Below, one piece after another: positions 15,596 to 29,681 of a stretch of DNA of 64,000 nucleotides. The translations under genes and the position numbers were made by a program. The first letter of the stretch is position 1, and each line of letters begins with the position of its first letter. The notes under the pieces are model-generated. The model saw only the letters and a program-made list of their open reading frames with translations, was not told where the DNA came from and made no database searches. This DNA comes from the human T2T-CHM13v2.0 reference genome, Homo sapiens, in NCBI RefSeq assembly GCF_009914755.1, contig NC_060933.1. One strand, written 5' to 3'.

Positions 15596-16754
15596 GCATG
15601 AGGAGGAGCTGAATTTTGGTTAGTAAGTTCAAGTTAGCCCAAGGAAGAAGGAAGAGAGAGCACTGCACACTAGGGTCATCATGCACAGAGGCACAGGCAC
15701 ATTAGAGGCAAGGCCATTTTGGAAAAGGAAAGGGCAAAACTTGTGGTTCGCTTGCTCCCTAGGAGAGGAATTCTTACTCATGCATAGCTTAATTGTCATT
15801 TTAAGCAAAAGTGAGCCAGTGTTCCACTTCTAAAGCTCTCTGGGCTTCTAACCCCCCTTTTCTCTTGCCTTGCTGCTTTGATGAGCCGAGACCACCAGCT
15901 GGGCCAGGCTTCGATACTGTGGATAAATGTCTATGAGGGGCGACAACCAGGCCACCAACCTCATTTTCACTTGTGATTCAAGCCCAAACTTTAACCTTTC
16001 TCCAGAGGAGTAGATAATGCATTAACACTTCAAACCACTCCACCAGCTCCCAGGGCACGGTGGTATCTGCTGTCTCCTAGGTCTGAGTCCATCTCCCATT
16101 TGCTTCTGATAATCACAGCCTGGGAAATTATTTCAAACTGGAAAAAAGGGCTGTGGAGGGAGAGATGAGGAAGTGCCTCTCATGGAAACGGAACTGTTTT
16201 CCCCGGGTTCACCTTGCTTAGGTATGTCTCGCTTTAGATCATAAGGCAATTGGATTTGGATTCCTTCTACCCCTGGAACCTACCACATTATTAGTCTGTC
16301 ACTGATGAATAAATTTCTGTGCAGTTTTGCTGGGGTTTAGCAGCAGCATTTTTCCAGGGTAGGAGACAGATTCTTGGTCAGATCTCTTAAATGGAAGCTT
16401 AGCGTTTGTGCAGAAAAAACTGATTGGGGAATGTTCACTTACATCAGAACTGAACTGATCAAACCAGAGCAGATGGCAGGTCTTATCTCTGCCCCTTGAG
16501 CACTTGCCCTGGCTAACTCACAAAGACTGTCTCCAGCTCAAAGAAGCAGTCTGGGATGCTACTGAATATTTTATCTGACATGAGGATGAAGGTTTTTTTT
16601 TTTTTTTTAACAACATATAATGATTAAATTAAATGACTCCCTGCATATATATTATATTCATTACTGCACACTTACTTTCTCAAAATGAAAAAGAGAGTAA
16701 TAACAACTCCGGACCCTTTAAATCTGCCCATCTGGGATACAAGTAGCTTATTCC

Positions 16755-16933
16755 TGCACTTGTCATTCCAAGTCACATGTGGCTATTTAAATTAAAATTA
16801 AAATAAAATATTTTTAAAAGTTTACTTCCTTATTTAAACTAATCACATTGAAGTGCTCAATAACCACGTGTTGGCTAGTGGCTGCCATTTTGGGCATTTC
16901 TATCATTCCAGAACATTCTGTCAGGCAGCACTG
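16755..16933. mobile_element. MER3/MER33-like hAT-Charlie MITE fragment
   Basis: CACATGTGGCTATTTAAATT..GTGCTCAATAACCACGTGTTGGCTAGTGGCT..CAGCACTG. Confidence 0.65.
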
Positions 16934-17034
16934 GCTTAGACCATTGTTCTCCAAAGTGAGATGAGAGTAACCCAAAATGTCTGTAAGACAGTGCCTTGTG
17001 GGGAGAGGGGACATATCAGAACTTCTAATTATCT

Positions 17035-17410
17035 AGTTCCAGGAAGTAGACTTTGAGATAGAGCTTAATAAGCGAGGAATTTATTAGGAATCATCATCAG
17101 GATCAACACCTGTAGAGGAGTGCAATTGGAGTGCATAGAGGAAGGACTGGCGGAGAAAGGAGGGAGATGTTGGCTGTGGTGCAGTTACAGTAAACACCTC
17201 CATTGACTCACAGAAAGCTCTGAAGCAGGGAAAGCTTTTCAGAGTTCTCCTGAGCCCTCAAGTTCTAAGAGGGCACCAGCACTTCATACTCCTGCAAGTG
17301 GCCACTGGGATAGGGTTTGATCTTGGGCAAGGAGGTTTTCTCTAGCAGCTGAGGGAACAAGCCTTTTGGTCCTGAAGGAGGGATCCAAGTGATGCATCAG
17401 ATTGTCTGTG
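17035..17410 (-). mobile_element. LTR16-like ERVL LTR remnant
   Basis: AGACTTTGAGATAGAG..TTTATTAGG..GATCAACACCTGT..CAGAGTTCTCC resembles the LTR16 group. Confidence 0.45.
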
Positions 17411-17691
17411 GCATTTGGTGTCCTTGTATTTGTTTTACAATGTTCAAAATTTATTAATACAGTGGTAGATGAATTTACTTTATAAATGAACATAGGTTCA
17501 TATAATGAGACTTGGGCTAAATGTAATTTACTAATCCGAATGCAAAAATAAAAAGCTTGGAAATCGTCTGGTCTAGACTCTGGATTGAAACCTAGATTTT
17601 ATGTTGGAATGGCTAAAATACTCTTTGCAAACTGGTGGCCACTAGTCCAATCCAGCAACAGACTAGTTTGTTCAGAACAGCCAGCTAGGCA

Positions 17692-17795
17692 GCCTACCTG
17701 CCTGCCTGCCTGCCTTCTTTCCTTCCTTCCTTCCTTCCTTATTTCCTTCTTTCCTTCCTTATTTCCTTCCTTCCTTCCTTCCTTCCTTTCTTCCA
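17692..17795. repeat. Compound (CCTG)n/(CCTT)n microsatellite
   Basis: Directly visible. Confidence 0.95.
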
Positions 17796-18286
17796 AAGTC
17801 ATATGCAAATGACTTTAGGCTATGGCCTGATCCAGATGACTATAGGCCCTACTGTCATCTTAAGCTCAGGAATTTCACACATTTTCATGGCCTATTTGAA
17901 CCCTGAAGGTCTTTAAGTTTATAACCCTTCATCTGCACAGTAACAGAGAGAGCGTCTGATGCTAAATGCAGTAGAGAAAAATGAAAAACATAATAAGAAA
18001 GGTGGAAGAAACTCAAGACCAAGGAATGAGAACAAATGGGAGTAAACTGTGAAGTGGAACTAGCCACTGCTTTAAGAAATTATATACAATCACTCTTCTT
18101 GGTGGGTCAAGAGGGGAGCTGAAAAAACCAACAAACAAAAACTCCCAGAGTATTGAAGACCCAGCCCCATTTCCTATGAAAAACAAGAGAACTAATATTT
18201 ATTCAGCATCCATTTGTAATATATAGTAGGCACTTCAGTGGGTAGTTCCCGAATATAAATGTAATTTAATTTTTCTAAGTTCCCAC

Positions 18287-18641
18287 TGGTACGAATTGAT
18301 TATCTCCTCCCTCCAATCCAAATATTGAAATTCTGGTTCCCATTGTGATAGTGTTAGGAGGTGGGGCCTTTGGGAGGTGATTTGTTCATGAGGATGGAGC
18401 CCTCATGAATGAGATGAGTGCCCTTATTAAAGGGACCACAGAGAGCTATCTTGCTCTTTTCCCATCATGTGAGGATATGAGAACTCAGCTATCTGGAACC
18501 TGGAAGAGAGCCCCTCACCAGAATCCAGCCATAGTATTACTCTGATCTTGGACATCTCAGCCTACAGAACTGTGGGAAATGACTGTTTGTTGTTAAGCCA
18601 CCCAATCTATGTATTTTATTATAGCTACCTGAGCTAAGATG
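18287..18641 (+). mobile_element. MLT1A0-like MaLR LTR
   Basis: GGAGGTGGGGCCTTTGGGAGGTGAT..GCCCTCATGAATG..GATCTTGGAC..CAGAACTGTG..GCTAAGA. Confidence 0.8.
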
Positions 18642-18809
18642 CCCCCTGAGCTAGGTGTGAATATCATAGGATAGGAAAGATGGCTCCACGAGTGACAAGG
18701 AGATGGTAGTGAGACTTGTGGCAGAGAAGCCTTGTAATTTATTTATTTTTCCCTTGGAAACCTGTACTTCCAACTTGGCTCTCAGAGATTTTTGTGCAGA
18801 GAGATTCAT

Positions 18810-19135
18810 AAGCCTGGAGCCACAAATTCAGGTGCCTGCCAGAGTCTGGCAAGAAATAGAAATGGGTGAAGCCAGTACAAAATTAGACAATAAGAGGCGG
18901 AGACTGTGGCGATGTGGAGAGTCCATGCTCCCCCTTCAGGAGGCAGCTGCTGTGGCCAGAGGACTGTAGGGCTAGTGTTAACCAAATGTCTCAGTTTTCA
19001 AGAGATGTTGGGTACCTAGTTGAATGTTGGAGACATAGGCAAAGCCTCTGGGTATTTACACATCAACATTCAATTAAAAAATGTTATGGGTCAGAAGACA
19101 CACACATCTGGGGCTGCAAGCCAATTTCTGAGACA
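18810..19135. mobile_element. MER102-like hAT-Charlie remnant
   Basis: AATGGGTGAAGCCAG..TTTTCAAGAGATG..AAGACACACATCTG..GCCAATTT; highly diverged. Confidence 0.4.
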
Positions 19136-20001
19136 GAAGGGCCTTGATTTGAGAAGATTCATGGCATTGTTAGAGAGCAGGCATCGTGTTGATAGGGACC
19201 ACTGCCCAGCTTTAGAAAGGCAGAAGCTCTGATGTGAGGACTTGAGGAGCCATTCATACCCTCCTGCCTCTCAGAGGATGCTCACCCTGAGGACATCTGT
19301 TCAGAACCTGACCTGGGCTTGTTAAATACTGGAGAGCTGGTTAGCAGGGCAACTCTGGGCAGGGGAGGCCTGAGCCCCTCACCTCCAAAGTGAACAGAAG
19401 CTCGTATACGTGGAGCTCCTATTTCCACAGATATTTCCTGGTGTTGCTTCAGCTCATTTTAGACCAGACTCACTTCAACTTTCAAATACAGCCCTTGATA
19501 TACTTCTGTAGACTCTTTGGCTATCACTGAGTATCACTCCAGACCTGCAAACTAATTCTAGAAATGTCACTGTTGTTACAATGTATTAGCACAGTACATT
19601 TAGTCATTAGCAATTAATAAACTGTTTAACCCTTGGCTTGAAAGGGGAAGAAAACAGGAAGAGGTGAATCAAAAGGTGAAGACACCCACTTCCGGCTCCC
19701 TGTTTATGATGGTGGCTTTGTACCATCATCACTCTGGCCTGAAAGTTTTTATTCAACCTCTTTCCTTCCCACAGAAGAGGACACAAAATAATTGAGCAGG
19801 TACAACCCACAGCCCGCAGCCCTAGAAATGTGCCACAGAACAACACAGAATAACTGTTGGGTGGTAATTGTTTGCTTGTTTGTTCTTTTGAGCAAGGTGG
19901 TTAGAGATGAGGGCAAGGTTCTGCAGTAACAGTCTAGAATTTGTTCTCTTGGGACAACAAGAACCTGGGAGAATTTCAGAACCCATTAATTGCCAAAATG
20001 T

Positions 20002-20065
20002 ATCCATTCAACCATCTACCCATCTATCCATCCATCCATCCATCCATCCATCCATCCATCCATCC
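20002..20065. repeat. (TCCA)n microsatellite
   Basis: Directly visible. Confidence 0.95.
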
Positions 20066-21463
20066 AATATTTATGGTGTTCTTGCTATAAGACAAAATAA
20101 TGAATCTACCAGGATGAGGCTATCATGCTGAAAAGCAGCCCATTCACAGCCTAACTAATCACTTCTGCACCCCACTTGGTTTCAGGGACATCTTCCTTTT
20201 TGACACCCCCCACCTTTCCCCAACCTGTCTCTGTTCTGGGTCTGGGCCAGTCTGTTTATCCAGTGCCTTACTCACTCTGTGAGTGCCCCTCCAGTGTCAC
20301 GTGGGATGCCTAAAGAGGGCTCTGATATTAGCTTGCTGTGCCTTGTCAGTTCAAATCAAGTCACGGCAGCTCAAGCCCACCCCGCAGGCAAGTTCTTGAC
20401 AGCTCTCCTTGTCAGCTGACCGCTGAAAGGCAGCAGCAGTGAGTGGAAACCAGTTAATTAGCAGTGATGACTTCCAGATTGGGTTTTTTTGTTTAATGCT
20501 TAGTTAACTTCACAGTAATTGAATTTAGACTTGGCTTACGGATACTGGGGTGAAAGGTTCTGGATGGAGCCCCAGGACTCTCTAGCAGGAGAATGAAAAA
20601 GGCTATTGTTCCAAGGCTTGTCTGGCCTCTGCTCATGAACCCCACGAATATTTGCAGGCCTGCAATTTCCCACAGGGAGATTTGAGGTGCAGGTAAGGGA
20701 AACAGAAATGCTGCAGTTCCTGCCCCGTCATGATTGATGTCAGATTTGGTGGAATCTGTATATCTGCACAAAGAGGAACGGGCTTCTTTTGAGTGATTTC
20801 TATGTGCCTGTCACAAGGGTGGGCTCTTCACATATATTCTCTCATTTCTTCTCACACCATACTAGTGAGGTCAGTGCTATTATTTTCATTGTTCGGGAGG
20901 GTGATGTTCAGAGGTGTTGAGTAACTAACTGACATCACACAGTAAGAAGCAGGTCCAGGATTTGAAGTTGGGTGCTTCTGACTCCTAAATCAGACTCCCT
21001 CAATTGTTGCTTTGGAAGAAGGCAAAGCTAGAGAACTTTTCTGTCTCTTATATGGAAAGTGATGCTGAGAGTTTTAACTTCAGCAAGGATTGCTACCAAC
21101 AGTGAGGATGGGTCTTGGGTAATGCTTTTCCTGGCCAGTCCCATTCTTTTCCCTTGTGCAAGATGGTGTTCATTCAATGAAGACAATGTGCTCATATTTC
21201 TTGTTTGGAGGTTTTATATTCTGATTGTCAATATATCCAATGTATTAATTAGGAAATTTTTAGTTGTCACCAGCAGAAACCAAGCCAAAAATAGCTTGGG
21301 TATAAAATGAATGATTCTGTTCATATGGCTGGGAAAAATACCAAAGTGGCACACAAACGTGAAAGATTCACTCAGAATAATTTGGTCATGGGGCCTGGAG
21401 CCATGGACATGAAGCCTAGCTGTGTGGTGTCTCTCATCTGTGCTAGGATCTGACTTGATGTAT

Positions 21464-21826
21464 TGCTATGGACTGAACATTTGTGTCCTCCCTGCTCCCA
21501 ATTCATATGCTAAAGCTCTATCCCCTAGGGTGACTGTATTTGGGGATGGGGTCACTAAGGAAGTAATTAAGGTTAAATGAGGTCACAAGGGTGGGGCCTT
21601 GATCCATAGGATTAGTGTTCTTATAAGAAGAGACACCAGAGAGGTTTCTTTCTTACAAGGAGATCAGGTAAGATCTCAGAGAGACAGCAGTTGCCTATAA
21701 GCCAGAGAAGAGGCCTCAGAATTAAATCTACCTTGCTTCCAGCCTCCAGAACTATGAGAAATAAATCTCTGTTGATTAAGCAATCTAGCCTCTAGTATTT
21801 TTTTGTAGCAGCCCAAGCACACCAAT
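21464..21826 (+). mobile_element. MLT1A/MLT1B-like MaLR LTR, apparently nested in an older MLT1 remnant (~21240-22070)
   Basis: TGCTATGGACTGAACATTTGTGTCC..TAAGGTTAAATGAGGTCA..CTTATAAGAAGAG..CAGCCTCCAGAACTATGAGAAATAAA. Confidence 0.8.
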
Positions 21827-22989
21827 ATATATGTTTTGGCTCCTTTTCCTGTTCTGCAGATAACCTTCCTCCATGTGGTCAGGAGAGATGGTCACTGGAG
21901 CTCCAGGCTACAATGGTCCCGTTTAATAACTTAGGTGGAAACAGTTCATTATCTTCAGATTGTTTATACAGTGAGGATCATGCTAATATCACACACCCAT
22001 ATCCCACACCAATCACTGATGATGTAGGGGAAGGAATGGAGGATAGAGTATGATTGGTCATGCCTGTTACCAGAAAAAAGAGGGTAAGAAAAGTTCCAGA
22101 ATGAACCAAGAAGAGGTAAAGTCAGTAATGACAGTGCAGCACACCTAGGGAGAAACACCATTTTGTGCCATTACAGAGGAGACCCCAGAACCTGGTATAG
22201 TGACTGGTAATTCTAATGACTGCCTTTCTAGTTGATTGACTGAAGGAAGCCCCAAGTTGAACTCTTTTCATGTTGTGTTTCACTGTGCAGCTTCTTCAAA
22301 GGGTAATAGTTAATCACTTTTTAAATTTGTGTTTGAATGAGTCTTGGTGGGATTACATGTAAGAACAGGGTTTTGACTTTCTAACAGATGCTGAGCTGGA
22401 AAGAATTATGGAAGTGACTCAGCGTGGACACAATAGGGGGAAACTTGTTGAGCTTGCCCAAGAAAAGTTCCCTCCTCTGTCCTAAGGTGCAGTGCATATC
22501 CCAGGATATTGGTTATGCTAAGAATCTCCTTGCAGAATGGTCCTGCCCTCCTGGGGAAGGATGAGCAGGCCCTCTCTGATAGGAGAATGAGATGGGAAAA
22601 ATCTGAAAGCCTTTTATGTCCGAACAGATCGAATCCGAAAGCCCAAATGGAGCAACACCCAAATTCCAAAATTGTCCTTGCTACATTGAAATAGGATTAT
22701 AAACACCTAATGAAAACATTTAATTGACAAATACTGTATGAGTGACTTCTTTGTGTACCATGCCATTTATGTTTAAAAAAAGATGTTAGCTAATATTTTT
22801 ATAATTGTTGTTGACTGGAGAAGCTGATTACATGGAGCTCTTGTTGATTTGCCTAAGCACCCATAATCCAAGGATGTTAGTAGCATTGCTGGAAAGAACT
22901 TGAAACAGTCTTGCCAGTGACTTTTAGCAGTAGCTAGGTCTTCCAAATTCTCTCTCTCTCTTTTTTTTTTTTAAAACTTAGGAAAGAGG

Positions 22990-23160
22990 TACTGTAGTTG
23001 GAATGCAGTATCTAGAATCAAATAATCTGTGGTGGGTTTTTGTATTCTAGCATATTAGTGATATGATTTTGGGAAACTCATCAGGTCTCTGAATCTCAGC
23101 TTTCCTATCTGTAAACTAGGAGCAATAAGAAGTTCTATGTCTACTGGTTACGGTTATTTT
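22990..23160 (+). mobile_element. MIR remnant
   Basis: CTCTGAATCTCAGCTTTCCTATCTGTAAACTAGGAGCAATAA. Confidence 0.6.
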
Positions 23161-23879
23161 GAGCAGGGACTTAAAGTCAGTACTTCTGATTAAGAAAATG
23201 AGAACTTCAAAGCTTTTCTCCTCCTCCTTCACTTTTCCCTTCTTGTCCTCTTTTTTCTTTCATTATGGGGTCAAGGAAGACGAATTGTACAAAAAGTGTT
23301 TCTAGGACATCTCAGCTATTAGAATTGGCACATGATTTGCACTATGTGATAACAGAGCAGTGATATTGTCACGGTTTCCAGTGCACGTGACTTTCACCTG
23401 TGTGTAGTAAAAGGCAACCTACGATATTTATTTTTCTAAGGTAAATATTAGTTCTTTTGAGACAACATGTTTTGAGTTTGTGACTCTGTCTTGTGGGTTT
23501 TATAATTTGAGACTGTCATTTTCATTGTTTAGTTAATAACTTATAAAGGGCATCATTATGAAAGAGTCAAATCCTATGATTATAAGTTATACTAAAGGGA
23601 AGAGAGCTTCAATTCTCATTGAGGGACAGTGGCCATGACTTGGATAGGGCCTGCAGTGACCATCGCTGTTAGCACTGGGGTGCCACATCAGTAGGGTGTT
23701 CATATAATGTATCAGGAACTGTCCAAGGCAAATCAGGACACAGTTAATCATTTTTATGATCTTCTTCAGACTTCACATCTATGGAATGGACACAAGCCTC
23801 TTTCTCTTGAGTTTTAAGAATCTGTAAATTTAAAAGTTCCAAGTTCCTCAAGAAAAAATTACAATGTAAGGCCAGTCTA

Positions 23880-25400
23880 ATTAGGTATTAACTCTTTTTC
23901 CTCCAATATTTGAAGTTTTAGAAATCCTTCTGATGGTGCTTCTTTTGATTTGTTAGAGCATCTTTTCATTTCATGGATTCAATAGGTTCTCTTATCTCTT
24001 TAAGGATACTGATGACAGTTTTTAAACTTTATTTTTCCCTGCAAAGTCTACCTTCCTCTATATTATTTTTGTTTATTTATTCTAACCTTTTTTTTCCATT
24101 TTAAAGAATATTTTTGATACCTGGTAATTCTTGGCTGCTTGCTCATGATGGGGCTGAAAAGTAAATCAGAGGCTCCAAGCAGGTGGGGAATGGAACTTAA
24201 CTGACTGAGCATCACACAAGTGGTTATCCAGTGGATTGTTTACTGTGGACCCCCGATGTCATTTTCTTTAGGTCTTTCCTGTGGGTAGGTCATGTTCCCA
24301 AAGAATTATCTCCTAATCCCCTGTCTGGCTGCCAGATAAGGGTCTGGCTGTCAATTTTCCTGGGGATTGATACTGGGAAGGAGGCAGGGGGCTCAGTGTT
24401 ACATCATATCGTAAATAATTTACAAATATCTGGTACAGTACTTGGGCCCTTAACCATACTGACCTCAACCCCAGTCCAGAGACCTTTCATTGTATGCAGT
24501 GAATAAGCTTGGGGACCTTTGCGAGGTCAGTGAAAAGCAGTTACCCATTGGTATGGAGAGGAAGCGGAAGATCTAGAATCTAAATGATTATCAAACAGGT
24601 TTCACACAGTCCTTTTCCTTATAGCCTTCCAGACTCCCAGCCTCTAGTTCCAGAAGTAGGTGGTGCTACTTGTTCCTTAGATTTTTAAGGTTTTGGCAGT
24701 GTAATTTGGCTTTTGGAAGGGAGCAAAATTGAATGTATCTTCAATCTGCCCTCTTAACCCAGAACACTGTATCATGTGATTTAATTCTTGCTTTTATTTC
24801 TTTGGACATATTAAACATTCAATATAAATTATAGTTGACAATTCTAATATCTAGCCTTTTGGATATGCTTTTGTTGATTGTTGTTTCTGTTTACTCTTAT
24901 TGACGGCATCTTTTTAACTGTGAGTTTTTCAGACTTCATTGTGAGTTCATGTTACTTGGAACCTTGAAGCTGCTTTGATAGGTACTTCTTCCAGGGACCT
25001 AGGGGTACTCTCACCTTGGGTCTGCTTTAAGTTCTCAATTTCTGATTCTTTTGGATACCTAAGAAGTGTGAGGGCTGGCCCATGGTTACAAATTCCTGGC
25101 TGGAATTTGTAACTAACCCTTTTCTAGTGCATGTGGCCCTTTGGAGATATAGCTTCCTAAAGGGGGCCCTAGTTCACTTCTATACCTGGGAATAGCCCTC
25201 AGGTTATGCCTTCTGCTCCAAAAATGTGAAGTTTCTAGAAACAAAGCTCTCATTCTTGAGACTAGAATCTGGCATCAGGACTAAGCTCACCCTTGAGATA
25301 GATTGATCTGCAGGGCTAGCTTATCTTGCTAGATGCCTGCTCTTGCTTTATCTCTGGCTTCAGAGGATCACCCCTACGTTCATACATGCTCACTTAGGCA
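23880..25400 (-). mobile_element. Old L1M fragments
   Basis: T-rich, diverged L1-like reverse-strand sequence; boundaries poorly defined. Confidence 0.35.
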
Positions 25401-25412
25401 CGTAAGAGTTTA

Positions 25413-25716
<304 letters not shown>

Positions 25717-26130
25717 GAATTGAGTACCTGTTTTCTTTCTGCTCTTCTACATTGTCAAGTGAATTAAACAGAGAAAGTTGGCTTTGCCTGATGACTCTGC
25801 CCACTGCTACCAAGGCGTCCAGGTTTGAGGTCAGCTATGGGCAATTTGCCAAGAAAATCTCCCCACACCCATCCATACCCACTGCACCCTGCTGCAGACT
25901 CTACGTTTCTCTCCTGCTTAGAAACCTTCTGGGGCTCTCCCTTCCTCTTCATTGCTCTCTATTCTCCATCCTGGCTGCTCTTTTAACAGGTCTTACCTTT
26001 GCTCTTCTGTTCTTGCAGTGCCCTCTGCTTAGAACACTGTCACTTGCCCAATACCCAGAGCCCCTTGGTCCCAATCGCCCCCTATCATTCCCTCTTTGAT
26101 CCTGTTCATGAGGGGTCCTCTACTTGGCAT

Positions 26131-26184
26131 GTCTTTACTTTACCTTCCCCATATGGCTAGTCTTCACTTTACCTGCCCCATATA
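26131..26184. repeat. Tandem duplication, ~2 x 29 bp
   Basis: GTCTTTACTTTACCTTCCCCATAT / GTCTTCACTTTACCTGCCCCATAT. Confidence 0.8.
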
Positions 26185-27319
26185 ATAACCTCAGTCGTAT
26201 TTATGGCTTGATTCTAAAACCACCTTCTCCTTGCAGCAAACCTTGATCTTCCTTACCAAAGGCAAGCTCTCCCACAACACATACTTTAAATTCCACTAAC
26301 AGCTTTGTACCACTTCTCAGTGATTATTTTTGCATATATCTCTTCAGCTTCCACCTGCTGGAGGTAAAAAAAAAAAATTGTACAAGGGAGATCGACAAAA
26401 GTGTATTTTCTCTAAAATACTTAGAGGAATTAGTTATGTTGAGATTCATAAATATTTAATTTATATAAAACATGTCTTTCCTGTTTAAATTTCTTTTTAG
26501 CGTTTTAAAGTGTTTTTGGTGTGTGGTTTTCAGGATATCTCACAAGAAACAGGCAACTCAATATCCATTTTATATTGTTTCAATTCCTTTGAAACTTTTA
26601 AAATATATGATATATGTGTGCATATATATATATACACACACAGTATGTGTAGATATATACATATATGTATATATATGTAATACTACACAGAAACAATAAC
26701 ATCATTTATTTTAAAAATGTATACATAGTAAAATGTGCAAATCTCAATGTAAAGCCTTCTGAATTTTATATGTGGATATATCCATCTAACCACCACTTAG
26801 ATGAAGATGAGAAATTTTCATCACTTCAGAACATTCCCATATGCTTTTTCCTATCAATAGTCTCTTCCCTCCCTACCCAAGGTAATGACTTACATTGAAT
26901 ATATTCAACGTAAGGATTTTTAAAAAATCTAGTCTCAGCATCACTTTCTGTGAATTGGTGAGTTTATTCTGTTTACTTTTATTGCAAATACTGATAGAAT
27001 TTTGATATATTCTACCATTCTATTTTGTGTTCTCTATTTAAAATACGTTTGCTTTGTTTATTTTTAAATTTTTTCCTCCCTTAGGTTGTATTAATCAAAT
27101 TTAGATTATTTGCTATTTGGGAGTTATATGTACCATTTCATTCTTCTGATGAAATAATTCTTCTATACATACTTGACTTAATGAAGCTCAAAATTCATCA
27201 GTGTCTCTATTTTTCCTTTGAAAACTATAGGCCCTTAGAATAATTTAATTCCAGTATTTTCCCTGTATTATTTGATATTATTTATATCTAGTTTTACTTT
27301 ATTTAAAAAGGAACTTCCT

Positions 27320-28018
27320 AGGTTCCTCAGAAAACTAAAAATAAAACTACCATACGACCAAGCAGTCCCACTGCTGGACAATCCAAAAGAAAGAAAATCA
27401 GTATTTCCAAGAGATATTTGCACTCCCATGTTTACAGTAGCACAATTCACAGTAGGCAAGATACAGAATCAACCTAAGTGCCCATCAATGGACGCAGAGA
27501 TAAGAAAATGTGGAATATACACACAATGGAATATTATTCATCCATAAAAAGAATACAATTCTGTCATTTGCAGCAACACAGATGGACCTGGAGATTATTA
27601 TATTAAGTGAAATAAGTCAGGCACTGAAAGACAAATATCACATGTTCTCTCTCAGTCATAAGTTGGGGCTAAAAAAGTGGATCTTATGGAGGCAGAGAGT
27701 AGAATGATGGTTAATAGAATCTAAGAATGGAAGAGGGGTGAGGGAATCATGGGAAGTTGGTTAAGGAGTACAAAAATACAGTTAGAAGGAATACATTCTA
27801 ATATTTGATAATACACTAGGAAAATTAGTTAATAATAATTAATTATATATTTTAAAATAGCAAGAAGAATTATAATATTCCCAACACAAAGAAAAGGTGA
27901 ATATTTGATGTGATGGATATCCCAATTACCATGATTTGATTATTACACACTGTATACAGGTACCAAAATATCATATATACCCTAAAGATATGTGTAACCA
28001 TTTTATATCAATGAAAAA
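27320..28018 (+). mobile_element. 5'-truncated L1MA-type 3' end
   Basis: Decayed ORF2 C-terminus (ORF 27272-27547: LPYDQAVPLL..RDICTPMF..QPKCPSMD) followed by an L1MA 3' UTR; flanks AAAAAGGAACT / AAAAAGGAAACT. Confidence 0.85.
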
Positions 28019-28729
28019 GGAAACTACTTGAATTAGTCAATATTATTAATAGTTAACCTAAATTCATACTTTTTTCCTAACTTCTTTACCATTTCCTTGT
28101 TCATCATTGCTTCTCACATCCCACTCTAAATGTTTAGTTTCAGTTTTCTTCTTACTCATGTGCATCCTTTCATACTTCTCTCAGAAGACATCTATGGATA
28201 TAAACTTTCCCATATATTTTGAATAAAAAGTTTTTGTTTTACTTTATTCAAAGGAGAGTTTAGACTTCTAAACGGACAGTGCTTTTTCTCAGGGCTGGGC
28301 TAGTGAGAGGAGTATTTATTTATTGTAAAAATCCTAATTTCACAGATGGAGCAGCTTTTCAAGACTCACAGCATTTCAAGGTGATTGTTTCCAGCTCTGG
28401 TTAAAATGCATTTAAAGCCATGCTTTTGTCTCTGTGGTGGCCTTAAACAAACAAACAAACTGGCTGTTAGCCTGAGGGCACACATCTTGTCCAGTAGCTC
28501 TGTGGGCCACCATAATTCTGTCTTACTTATTTTAGCTTTGAAGATAGCTTTTTTACATTGTGTGAGAAGTGTCTTGCCATGCCCTCATCAACTAGCCTCA
28601 CCATTCCCTGTTGGTTTATTCTCCTTTTTACTTCACCTGCCCAGCCCCCAAAGGCATTTTAGTTTGTAATGAGCACCACTGGGTATGCCTTCATATACAG
28701 AAATACAGGCATTTGGTGATATGTGATTT

Positions 28730-29230
28730 GCTCATTCAGTTCTCTATCTTTTTGGCACTTACTCTGTGCAAGTCACTATACAGATGTTAGGGATAAGGCA
28801 GTGAACAAGAGAGACCCAAATCCCTAATCTTGTATAGTTTGCATTCAAGTTGTATGGAACATACAGTAAGCAGATACATACTTAAGATACATTGTGTTTC
28901 AGTCAGTGATGACTACTAAGGAAAACACTAAATCAGGAAAGTGGGATAGAAAGTGCTGAGGGGGGGTGGTTGCTATTGTAATAAGTCATCAGGGGAGGCC
29001 TTACTGACAGAGGAACATTGGAACAGAGACCTAAAGTGGGAAGCGAACATACCTTGCAAGGACTTGAGGGAGCACCCTCATGGCAGAGGCAACACTAAGT
29101 TCAAAGGCTCCAAGGCAGGACCGTGAATGCCAAAATATCTGGAATCAGTGCCAGAGTGAATGGCTGCACATGAGGTCAGAAAGGGGAGCCAAGTCAGGCT
29201 GGAAGAAGCTACTGCAAGGCAAAGTGGAAG
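28730..29230 (-). mobile_element. L2 remnant
   Basis: GCACTTACTCTGTGCAAG..GTGAACAAGAGAGAC..CAGGGGAGGCCTTACTGA..CAAAGGCTCCAAGGCAGG. Confidence 0.65.
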
Positions 29231-29320
29231 AAGTATTGGTGCTTCAACATAGGAAAATACACTCTCATGAATTATTTAATAATTCAAATCAAAATTAAGT
29301 TTTGTTTGAATCATCAGTAA

Positions 29321-29681
<361 letters not shown>

